In this document: positions 28,401 through 36,634 of the stretch, in pieces | Numbering within the stretch: the first letter of the stretch is position 1 | Layout of the letters: the number at the start of each line of letters is the position of its first letter | From: Candidatus Adlerbacteria bacterium | GTDB lineage: Bacteria > Patescibacteriota > Minisyncoccia > Phycocordibacterales > SBAW01 | Assembly: GCA_903851045.1 (NCBI GenBank) | Contig: CAINNF010000017.1 | Span: forward strand, 34,353-98,352 | Direction: 5' to 3' | Length of the DNA stretch: 64,000 bases | Translations under genes and position numbers: made by a program | Notes under the pieces: model-generated | What the model was told of the DNA's origin: nothing | What the model saw: only the letters and a program-made list of their open reading frames with translations | Database searches by the model: none

Positions 28401-29301
28401 GCTCGGTGAGGCGGTCGGTACGGTCGCCGCACAGGCTATCGGCGAGCCGGGTACCCAGCTCACGATGAACATCAAACACGCCGGCGGTGCGGCATCCGCA
28501 GCCGGTGACGTGACCCAGGGTCTCCCGCGCGTCGAAGAAATCTTCGAGCGCCGCTCTCCGCGCAACCCAGCGGTCGTTTCGACCATCTCGGGTGAGGTTG
28601 TCGAGATCCGCTCGACCGACAAGGAGAAGGTCATCTGCATCGCACCGGACCTAGAGCATCGTGGTAAAGGCAAGAAGGACGTCTTCGAGTTCGAATGCCA
28701 CCTGCGCCGCTTGCCGCTCGTGAAGGTGGGGGAGAAGGTCACGAAGGGTCAGATCATCACCGATGGTTCTGCCGACCTCGCCGACCTCTTCGCCTACGCC
28801 GGTAAGGAAACGACACAGGAATACATCATCACCGAGGTCCTCAAGATCTATGAGCTCCAGGGAGCAAGTATCTCCATCAAGCACCTCGAAACGATCATCC
28901 GCCAGATGTTCTCGCGCGTGAAGATCGTGAAGTCGGGCGACACGGAGTACTCCAAGGGTGATGTCGTCGCCGAGGCTGACATGACCTATGCCAACAATGC
29001 GGCAGAGGCTGCAGGCGGCGAGAAGGCGACCACCGAGCCGCTCGTCATGGGCATCCTCGATGTCTCACTCTCACGCCCGAGCTTCCTTTCGGCAGCATCC
29101 TTCCAGAACACGACACGCATGCTCATCCGTGCCTCGATGTACGGCTCGGTCGACAAGCTCGAAGGTCTCAAAGAGAACGTCATCATCGGCCGCCTCATCC
29201 CAGCCGGCACCGGCTTCAAGGGTTCACCAAAAGAAAAGTTGGTCAACCGCTACGCCCCCGTCGACCATGCGGACGTGGTGACGGAGAAGGAGACGGTCTA
29301 G
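22459..29301 (+). CDS. rpoBC: DNA-directed RNA polymerase beta and beta-prime subunits fused in one 2280-aa ORF
   Basis: The N-terminal ~1060 aa is RpoB ([77 protein letters not shown]). It continues without a stop through ...[49 protein letters not shown] into RpoC (zinc finger [22 protein letters not shown], catalytic [14 protein letters not shown]). Confidence 0.9.
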   Translation: [2280 protein letters not shown]

Positions 29302-29369
29302 TCGTTCGAAAAATTAGAACATAAAAAGTCAGCGGCCCGACAGGATGATTCCTGCCGGGCCGTTTGGCG

Positions 29370-29735
29370 TTAGTGTGAATCAGTGGGGTGGGGTAGCAAG
29401 AATATTTGTTCGACACGACCCGTTATTCTCCGTCTCCCATCTTCATTGTCCATTATGATTATTTTGCCAACTTGGACAAAATATATTTTCCAAATCCCTT
29501 GGTATCCTGCCGTCATGCCACCACTTGTTATGCATTGATACATCCGAGCCACGAATCCGTCTTTGGCGGCACCTATCACCTCAAAAAAGTACGCATTCCC
29601 CGACCTCGTGTGAATGCGCACCACTGTCTTGGGACTCAATGTCTCTAAGTTGAGGTCTTTGACGACCGCTGTGCCGTAGTGGCACAACAGTCGGAGCACT
29701 TCTTCGGTTCCGACTTGCGAAAGGTCTTTCTGCAA
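29370..29735 (-). CDS. hypothetical protein (121 aa), AT-richer than flanks
   Basis: ATG-initiated minus-strand ORF convergent with rpoBC. No motif recognised. Confidence 0.4.
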   Translation of the reverse strand: MQKDLSQVGTEEVLRLLCHYGTAVVKDLNLETLSPKTVVRIHTRSGNAYFFEVIGAAKDGFVARMYQCITSGGMTAGYQGIWKIYFVQVGKIIIMDNEDGRRRITGRVEQIFLLPHPTDSH

Positions 29736-29834
29736 AGTACTTCCTCCTGCCCCCTATGGGTGATTGTACTACTCGATGGATAGTCTAAACCCAAGTAGTA
29801 TATATTGTCAACACCCAAAGATACGATACTGGCT

Positions 29835-29876
29835 ACAAAAGAAAGTGGGCGCAGGTTCCGGCTGGAACCTGCGCCC
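29835..29876 (-). terminator. strong rho-independent terminator on the minus strand
   Basis: 13-bp stem gggcgcaggttcc / ggaacctgcgccc with 4-nt loop. On the minus strand it is followed by CTTTCTTTTGT. Confidence 0.65.
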
Positions 29877-29890
29877 TTGTACATACCATG

Positions 29891-30040
29891 CTACGGTGTG
29901 TAGGTGAAGTAGAGGAAGAAAAGCACACCGGCGATGATGAGCGACGCGCCGGGATTGCCGCCCATCGACGCGGAGATGCCTCCGACGACAAGCGCCCCGC
30001 TTCCGGCCATACCCAGGTGTCGTACTTCGATAAGTTTCAC
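29891..30040 (-). CDS. small glycine-rich hydrophobic peptide (49 aa)
   Basis: GTG start (complement 30038-30040) with GGGAGG RBS 4 nt upstream. Reads VKLIEVRHLGMAGSGALVVGGISASMGGNPGASLIIAGVLFFLYFTYTP, stop at 29891-29893, terminator 15 nt downstream. Not in the ORF track (under 60 aa). An Arg-rich 98-aa ORF in another frame is listed there instead. Confidence 0.4.
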   Translation of the reverse strand: MKLIEVRHLGMAGSGALVVGGISASMGGNPGASLIIAGVLFFLYFTYTP

Positions 30041-30060
30041 ACAACCCTCCCTTTGTTACA

Positions 30061-30144
30061 TCAGTCGCTACTGGATAGGGCGACATACCCCACCACCACG
30101 ACATAGACCAGTACCGGTACTGCGATTTGCCAGGGAATCGTCAT
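30061..30144 (-). CDS. tiny hydrophobic peptide (27 aa), loosely KdpF-like, first gene of the small-peptide pair
   Basis: ATG (complement 30142-30144) with AGGTGG RBS 6 nt upstream. Reads MTIPWQIAVPVLVYVVVVGYVALSSSD. Stop is 20 nt before the next small ORF, whose RBS lies in that gap. Confidence 0.3.
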   Translation of the reverse strand: MTIPWQIAVPVLVYVVVVGYVALSSSD

Positions 30145-30381
30145 TATAGGCCACCTGTTTCCTTAAAAGCGAAGCATCGAGACGATGTCTCGTGCATCTT
30201 CTTGAAGAATCGTAAAGTACTCCAGTCTGCTCAGTATGCCGAGAGCGAAACACGCTGCCGAAAGAGCAAGCAGTATATCCATTGCAGCCTCCAGTGATGC
30301 CGTCAACAATCTACTACTAAACGAGTATTGTGGCAACCCCTCTGCAAGGATGCCGAAACCGACTAGAATAGAGGGGCTGTT

Positions 30382-32016
30382 ATGAGCGACCAGATACAAG
30401 AAATTAAGGACCGGCTGAGCATCGTTGATGTGGTTGGGCAGTATGTACAGCTCAAGCGAGCGGGGAGGACGATGACGGCTCGGTGCCCCTTTCATAAAGA
30501 GCGGACGCCGTCGTTCCATGTGTCGCCTGAGCGGGGTACCTACATCTGTTTTGGGTGTGGCGAAAAGGGTGATATCTTCTCGTTCGTCGAGCGTATCGAA
30601 GGGGTGGATTTTAAGACGGCACTGGAGGAGTTGGCGGCGAAGGCGGGGATCAAACTGGAGCGTCGTCATGGTCAGGAGGCGGAGCATAAAGAGAAGGACG
30701 AGAAGCTGCGCGAAGTGTGTGAAGCGGCGACGCAGTACTACGAAGCACAGCTCGCGAAGCGGCCGGATGTGTTGGAGTATCTGAAGAAGCGTGCGGTCAC
30801 CGACGAGACCATCAAACACTGGCGCATCGGCTACGCGCCTGCGCACTGGCAAGACGTGAGCGATCATCTAGTATCGCTGAAGTTCTCCAAAGACGACATT
30901 GCGGACGCGGGACTCGCGGCGAAGTCAGAGCGCAAGCCGGGCGAGATATATGACCGCTTTCGCGGTCGTATCATGTTCCCGATCAGTGATGCGCAGGGGA
31001 GAGTTATCGCGTTCTCGGGGAGATTTTTTGAGGATGTGGTGAGCGAAGCCCGCAAAGCTCCTTCGGAGCCGCGGGCCGAGCCCGCGAAATATGTGAACAG
31101 TCCCGAGACGTTGCTTTTTAAAAAGTCGCGAGTCATGTACGGGTTCGACAAGGCGAAGAATGCGATCCGCAAAGCTGACTGCGTGCTGCTCGTCGAGGGT
31201 CAGTTCGACCTTATCATGTCTCACCAGTCAGGACTGCCGTTCGCGGTCGCAATTTCAGGCACGGCGCTGACCCCTGAACACCTGTCACTTTTGGGGCGAC
31301 TGACAAAACGCCTTATTTTGGCGCTCGATGCGGACGATGCGGGTGTGCGTTCGGGGCTCAGGAGCGCTCAGATGGCGCTCCAGGTTGGGTTCGATGTAAA
31401 GGTGCCAACCTTCCCACACGGTAAGGATCCGGCTGATGTCGCGAAAGAAGACCCCGAGGCGCTCAAACAAGCGATCCGGGCATCGAAGACTTCGGTCGAG
31501 TTCTTTCTCGAGGCACTGCGCTCGGGTATCAAAGATGAACGTGCGTACAAAAAGGTGGTCGAAGCGCAGATACTGCCGCTTATCGCCGCGATGCCGAGCA
31601 AGATCGAGCAAGAACACTTCATCCGTATCGTCGCAGGCAAGATCTCCGTCTCGGAACTTGCGGTGCGCGAAGAGGTAGCGAAACGAAAGGTGTTGCCGCT
31701 GGAGATGGAGGATGTTGGCACGGTATCTCCGGCCAAAGAGAGCGCACCGACCGAGCTCGACCCCATAGAGAAGAAGGCAGCCATGCTCCTCTTCACCTTT
31801 GCACCCGATTCTCCCCAGGCAGTTAAGTTGGTAACCTTGCTGGGTGAAGAAAAGATCAACACCTTACGCGATCGCCTCCAGGCCGAGGCCGAGGTGTGGC
31901 GATTCAAGTTCGAAGCGGAGCTCGCTGAACATTCACCTGATGTGATCGCAGAGGACATGCTCGCAGATATCGAACGGACCGTGACACGGCAGCGGTTGAA
32001 GATGCGGTTTCGATAA
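30382..32016 (+). CDS. dnaG: DNA primase
   Basis: Zinc finger CPFHKERTPSFHVSPERGTYICFGCGEKGD, TOPRIM motifs LLVEGQFDLI and ALDADDAGVRSG. 544 aa. Confidence 0.9.
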   Translation: MSDQIQEIKDRLSIVDVVGQYVQLKRAGRTMTARCPFHKERTPSFHVSPERGTYICFGCGEKGDIFSFVERIEGVDFKTALEELAAKAGIKLERRHGQEAEHKEKDEKLREVCEAATQYYEAQLAKRPDVLEYLKKRAVTDETIKHWRIGYAPAHWQDVSDHLVSLKFSKDDIADAGLAAKSERKPGEIYDRFRGRIMFPISDAQGRVIAFSGRFFEDVVSEARKAPSEPRAEPAKYVNSPETLLFKKSRVMYGFDKAKNAIRKADCVLLVEGQFDLIMSHQSGLPFAVAISGTALTPEHLSLLGRLTKRLILALDADDAGVRSGLRSAQMALQVGFDVKVPTFPHGKDPADVAKEDPEALKQAIRASKTSVEFFLEALRSGIKDERAYKKVVEAQILPLIAAMPSKIEQEHFIRIVAGKISVSELAVREEVAKRKVLPLEMEDVGTVSPAKESAPTELDPIEKKAAMLLFTFAPDSPQAVKLVTLLGEEKINTLRDRLQAEAEVWRFKFEAELAEHSPDVIAEDMLADIERTVTRQRLKMRFR

Positions 32017-32090
32017 CCGTCATCGGACAGATGTATTGTTCGACCACATCATTTTGCAAACGCGGTATGGACGAGAGATAATTGGGTAGC

Positions 32091-32708
32091 ATGAAGCATT
32101 TCCGCATACTGCCGTCCCGGTACTCTTTTCGTTTGGTCACGAAAAAAGATTTCCCACGTTCATCCACCGTTCAACCTCGTGCCGCGCCACTGTCCGAAGT
32201 GGTCGTCGAAGCAAACGGCACCGAGGTTGATGTAAGTAAACGAATGTTCCTTAAGCTCGCGGGTCTCGCGGGTCTTGGTGTCGTGGCATCGCAGATGCTC
32301 CCCGGCAAAGCGAGTGCGTATGTGATGGGTAGCACACCAACATCTCCAGTCGTCGGACTAAAGGATTCGACGAACACGAGGATAGACCCTGCGACCGCTG
32401 CGGGTCTTGGGGTGAGTAAGGTGTCGACGTCGCTCTCGTCGTCGGGAGTCGTATATACGCCCACATCCGGCAAAAAGATACACGTGTATGCGTGCCGTTT
32501 TTCGCTGACCGCCGATGCAACCTCGGTGTCGTTTCGATTCACCTCCGGTGGGACCGATTATGAGATGTATGTGTCACCGAAGGCGGGCGGTCTCTATGGA
32601 GCGAACAACCACCCGAACTATATTGAGGGTGGGGCGAACCAAGCGCTGTACTGTGTGATATCGGGGACGACTACGGTGCAAATTAACATTGACTACCTTG
32701 AGGCATAG
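32091..32708 (+). CDS. secreted protein with Tat-like (KR) signal peptide and beta-rich domain (205 aa)
   Basis: ATG 32091. SKRMFLKLAGLAGLGVVASQMLPGKASA resembles the twin-arginine motif S-R-R-x-F-L-K with KR substitution. First gene of the island. Confidence 0.5.
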   Translation: MKHFRILPSRYSFRLVTKKDFPRSSTVQPRAAPLSEVVVEANGTEVDVSKRMFLKLAGLAGLGVVASQMLPGKASAYVMGSTPTSPVVGLKDSTNTRIDPATAAGLGVSKVSTSLSSSGVVYTPTSGKKIHVYACRFSLTADATSVSFRFTSGGTDYEMYVSPKAGGLYGANNHPNYIEGGANQALYCVISGTTTVQINIDYLEA

Positions 32709-32736
32709 TCATGTATAATCAAAGATAATATCCATT

Positions 32737-35700
32737 ATGGCCAGACGAGTAGTAGAAGAAATATTTACCGGTGCGACGGTGCCGTACACATCGTATGACT
32801 CCACGAAGATAGTCACCGGGGATCTTATCGAGCAGTACATCGGCGCGAATCCGTCCGACAAATATATTGGTCCAACTCGTGTTGGGCGTGATTCGACGGG
32901 GACCATCTATGGCATGGGTCGTCCGTTCGAGGCGACCGCCGGTGTAGCGGGCGTATTTCCCCATGTTGTCCGTTGGGCGAATAAGTCTGGATACTATACG
33001 ACCGGTACGGTCGCTGTCTCTGGTACGAGCGTCACTGGTAGCAGCACGGCATGGCTCACCAATGGCGTGCCCATCGGTGCGACCATCGGCTTTGGCACCA
33101 CCGACCCGACGCAGGTGACCACCTGGTATACCATCAACGCTATTACGTCGGATACAGCGATTACGATAGGCACTTCGGCCGGTACTATCGCGGGCGGTAC
33201 ATCCTTCGTTATCAACAAGACCTTGCAGACCGACTGGGTATTTTTGGGAGACGGTTCTGCGGCTGCGGCAACCCGCAAGATACAGCTCTATGAGTTCAAC
33301 CGAAGCACCTCTGCTTTTACTGCAAAAGGATATGCGACACTTAACTACCCCTATGCCGGCACACAGGGCACCTATGTGCTGCACGGCCTTAAGGTGTCCT
33401 ATCAACCCTATACCACGGGTACTGTCCAATCCGGCGGCATGACGCCCAATGGTGCCTATTACAGCACTGGCACCGTTGCTGTCACGACTACGGCTGTGAC
33501 AGGCACTGGTACTACGTTCACTGCCGCTATGCAGGGTATGATGATCGGGTTTGGCTCGACCAACCCAGATTCCATCGCTACGTGGTACTACATCCAGACG
33601 TTTGGTTCGACCACAGCCCTCACACTTGCGACTTCAATTGGTGCAACTGCGATACCTGCAAGTACGCCCTATGTCATAGCGACCATATACAATGTCGGTA
33701 CCGTTGCGGTATCGGGTACGGGCGTCACGGGTACCGGCACCACCTTCTCCAACACCGGTATCTACAATGTGGCAGGTATGGCCATCGGCTTTGGCTCTGT
33801 GAACCCCGGCCAGATTACCACGTGGTATACCATCCAAACATGGGGCTCGAGCACGTCACTCACACTCTCAACATCAGCAGGGAGTCTCGGCTCTGGTCTC
33901 TCATATGTAATTGTTATCATGGCAGGTACGGCGTCGGTGTCGGGCAACGCGGTCACTGGTGTTGGTTCAAGCTTCTCGACCACGACCCAGGCGGGTATGC
34001 TCATTGGTTTTGGCTCGGTCAACCCCGCTTCGATAAGTAATTGGTATGTGATTAGTGCGGTCGGATCGACGACCGCGATGACTCTGGTGACCAGTCCGGG
34101 CACGGTCGGAGCCGGTCCATATGTCATCGTTATCGGTTCGATCGTTGGTTCGGGGACTTTGTGGTCCACGAGTAGAATCGCGGTCGGTTCGCGCATAGGC
34201 TTTGGTTCGACCGACCCAACACAGATATCCACCTGGTACTACGTCAACGCTATCGACAGCGATACTATCATGAATATCCAAGCGTCCGCGACAGCGACCG
34301 GTGTCGGAGGCGCCATGGTCGCGCTCTCGCTCGCCGCGAGTACGCCGTATGTGATAGAAGATCTTAAGATAGTCACCACTGCCACGAACGGCACCACTGC
34401 CACGAACGGTGGGCTATTCGTCGCCATGGGCCTTTCCTATGGCGATTTTGTGAACAGCGGCACCACTATCTCTGCCGCAACGATGATCGACAAGATAAAA
34501 GCGAACTACTGGCTCGGTGACGCAGCCACCTCGAACAACACCACCGCGTGCGCCTGTGTTATCGACGACTTCGTCTCGTGGACGACGCAGTACCGCTACG
34601 TCATCGACGGTGCCGGCGGTACCAGCGCAAGAGTCTACAAATATAATATTCGCAGCGGTCTATCCATACCCACCAGTGGTACCAACGGTAAGGACATCAC
34701 GGCGTTCATGTTCAGCACGTTGGCCCAAACGACGGCCAACAACCTACCTGCTATCGCTGCCAACAACAGTGTCGCATGCATCGCCACGCTCAACCATGGC
34801 CCTGGCGCAGGTGTGAAATGTCTCTATTTCATGAGTATTGCAAAGATACATCGTGCCAGAATTAGCGACATTACCACCAACGCATCGACCTGGTGGACAG
34901 ACTCCATGGTCGAAATACCGACTGGCGGTGCGGCAACCTACACCGCCTCGAGCGTGCTCAACCAAATTGCCGTGGACACCCAGATAGATCGCCTCGTCAT
35001 CACCACCAGCGGTGCCGCCACGTCGCCCGCCTCGAACCGCGCGTATGTCACCCAGTACAATGCGGTCAATAGTCCGATGGATCATATGTTCTTGGTCGAA
35101 TCCAGACAGCTCGACCAGTCATCCGAAGATGGCGCGGCTGCTCCGCACCCGAGCCTCATCGCCAGTACCTTCCTGTCGCTTTGGTCAGAAGGGGGGATAA
35201 CCTATATCGCTAAGACTGGCGCTGCTGCTACGATAAGTCAGATATATGCACTGCCTCTGGGTGCTGACTGGGCGTACGCGAACGGGACGGTCAACCAACG
35301 TCTGATAACCCCGGCGCTCGCCACCACGAATGCGGTCAAACTGGTGCGTGTGTATGTGAACAGTCAACCCTTTGCGGGGAGCGCGAACGTCTCGTCTCCA
35401 GGCAACCTGACGATTCCAAGCGAACCGTACCGACTACTCTATCGAACATCTGGTATCAGTGACAACTCGGGGACATGGACGGCGCTCACCGACTATACGG
35501 GGGATCTCTCGGGAGCGACCCCGGGGTCACAGATACAATTCGCGATCGAGTTTCGTACTATCGGCACGTTCTGTATTCCTAATAGAGTCTATAATCTCGC
35601 CTGTGTGTACGAAGATAATACGACCGACAGTCACTACCAACCGTCCGCTGGCCTCTCTTCGGTCACGACCAAGACGTTCGCATGGCGCTTTGCGACCGCG

Positions 35701-35955
35701 TGGGGCGGCACGGTGCCAACCTTGCGCGTGACACTTTTCGACGCGGTGAGCGGCGCACAGCTGTTCACCGACACGACCGCAGCATCACCCTTGCTCTGGC
35801 AAAAGACGACGAGCGGTGCCGGCGGATGGGGTGCGTATGACACGAACGATCTCACCGCATCTCCGGATGCGAAGTATAGCAATACATACATCAGCTACAC
35901 GCCGACGTCCCTTGGAGACAATATTAAGGTTCGCGCTCTGCTCACACAGGCATAA
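32737..35955 (+). CDS. 1072-aa Gly/Thr/Ser/Ala-rich repeat protein, no signal peptide
   Basis: Five or more ~75-aa repeats of the form TGTVAVSGTxVTGTGTTF...IGFGSxNPxxITTWYTIQTxGSxTxLTLxTS between ~33.0 and 34.3 kb. The remainder is beta-rich low-complexity. ATG 32737 is 29 nt after the upstream gene. Confidence 0.65.
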   Translation: MARRVVEEIFTGATVPYTSYDSTKIVTGDLIEQYIGANPSDKYIGPTRVGRDSTGTIYGMGRPFEATAGVAGVFPHVVRWANKSGYYTTGTVAVSGTSVTGSSTAWLTNGVPIGATIGFGTTDPTQVTTWYTINAITSDTAITIGTSAGTIAGGTSFVINKTLQTDWVFLGDGSAAAATRKIQLYEFNRSTSAFTAKGYATLNYPYAGTQGTYVLHGLKVSYQPYTTGTVQSGGMTPNGAYYSTGTVAVTTTAVTGTGTTFTAAMQGMMIGFGSTNPDSIATWYYIQTFGSTTALTLATSIGATAIPASTPYVIATIYNVGTVAVSGTGVTGTGTTFSNTGIYNVAGMAIGFGSVNPGQITTWYTIQTWGSSTSLTLSTSAGSLGSGLSYVIVIMAGTASVSGNAVTGVGSSFSTTTQAGMLIGFGSVNPASISNWYVISAVGSTTAMTLVTSPGTVGAGPYVIVIGSIVGSGTLWSTSRIAVGSRIGFGSTDPTQISTWYYVNAIDSDTIMNIQASATATGVGGAMVALSLAASTPYVIEDLKIVTTATNGTTATNGGLFVAMGLSYGDFVNSGTTISAATMIDKIKANYWLGDAATSNNTTACACVIDDFVSWTTQYRYVIDGAGGTSARVYKYNIRSGLSIPTSGTNGKDITAFMFSTLAQTTANNLPAIAANNSVACIATLNHGPGAGVKCLYFMSIAKIHRARISDITTNASTWWTDSMVEIPTGGAATYTASSVLNQIAVDTQIDRLVITTSGAATSPASNRAYVTQYNAVNSPMDHMFLVESRQLDQSSEDGAAAPHPSLIASTFLSLWSEGGITYIAKTGAAATISQIYALPLGADWAYANGTVNQRLITPALATTNAVKLVRVYVNSQPFAGSANVSSPGNLTIPSEPYRLLYRTSGISDNSGTWTALTDYTGDLSGATPGSQIQFAIEFRTIGTFCIPNRVYNLACVYEDNTTDSHYQPSAGLSSVTTKTFAWRFATAWGGTVPTLRVTLFDAVSGAQLFTDTTAASPLLWQKTTSGAGGWGAYDTNDLTASPDAKYSNTYISYTPTSLGDNIKVRALLTQA

Positions 35956-35963
35956 TCTCGCAT

Positions 35964-36626
35964 ATGAAAGTACGCATCTATCAAGACCAACCGGTACCTG
36001 ACAGCCCAGGCATCCTCGTGTTGTCACCGACGGGGGACTATGCCCCGTTCGATTTTATCGAGTGTTACCTTGCGGGTATGCCGGGGCAGTCGTACTGTGC
36101 GCATCAAGCGCAGTTCGTTAAGTTCGGTAGCATCGTATATCGAGAGGTAGAGTATATCAATCTGCTTAACCAGCTTGGGTTAGTGAACATCCAGCCAGAA
36201 ACGCTCCAGGATATGTTGTTGAAGGACCAATCGACCATCGTGATAGACAAGGATCCACAAGACATCGTCACACCGACGGCAGTATCGGCGGTCGTGGCGG
36301 ATGTGACGGTGACCGCACCTGCGAACCAATACTCCACCACGACGGACGAGATCATTCCTCCCACGACGACCACGACCGATACGGTTGCGAGCTCGACCCA
36401 AGCTGTTTCGCTGCCCATCGATACGAGTACCACTACTCCTGTGACTATTCCCGACGCCACCTCCACGCCACCTCTGGAAGGGTTTAGCACAACGACGGTG
36501 CCGATACTTGATGCAAGCACGACCACGTCAGCCGACCCGACTGCCGCGAGCACGACAGACACGACGGCGAGCACCTCGACCGCTGCGCAAGTTCCCGCAT
36601 CCGACTCACGATTAACCGCCTTCTGA
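35964..36626 (+). CDS. hypothetical protein with Thr/Ser/Pro-rich C-terminal half (220 aa)
   Basis: ATG 35964, 9 nt after the upstream stop. The C-terminus is TTTTTD...STTTP...ASTTD low complexity. Confidence 0.5.
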   Translation: MKVRIYQDQPVPDSPGILVLSPTGDYAPFDFIECYLAGMPGQSYCAHQAQFVKFGSIVYREVEYINLLNQLGLVNIQPETLQDMLLKDQSTIVIDKDPQDIVTPTAVSAVVADVTVTAPANQYSTTTDEIIPPTTTTTDTVASSTQAVSLPIDTSTTTPVTIPDATSTPPLEGFSTTTVPILDASTTTSADPTAASTTDTTASTSTAAQVPASDSRLTAF

Positions 36627-36634
36627 TTTTGCGT

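Noticed and set aside
29808-30104. 98-aa Arg-rich minus-strand ORF listed in the track
   Set aside because: Alternative frame of the small-peptide locus. Arg/Gly-rich nonsense composition and no RBS. The hydrophobic frame with GGGAGG RBS is preferred, though this remains unproven.
30061-30144. Calling the 27-aa peptide kdpF
   Set aside because: The resemblance is limited to a short hydrophobic pattern, and no kdpABC genes are present in the window. Kept only as a descriptive similarity.
30163-30867. 234-aa minus-strand ORF overlapping the dnaG start
   Set aside because: It overlaps the well-supported dnaG N-terminal zinc finger in antisense. The minus-strand coding here is better explained by the two small RBS-bearing ORFs ending at the 29835-29876 terminator.
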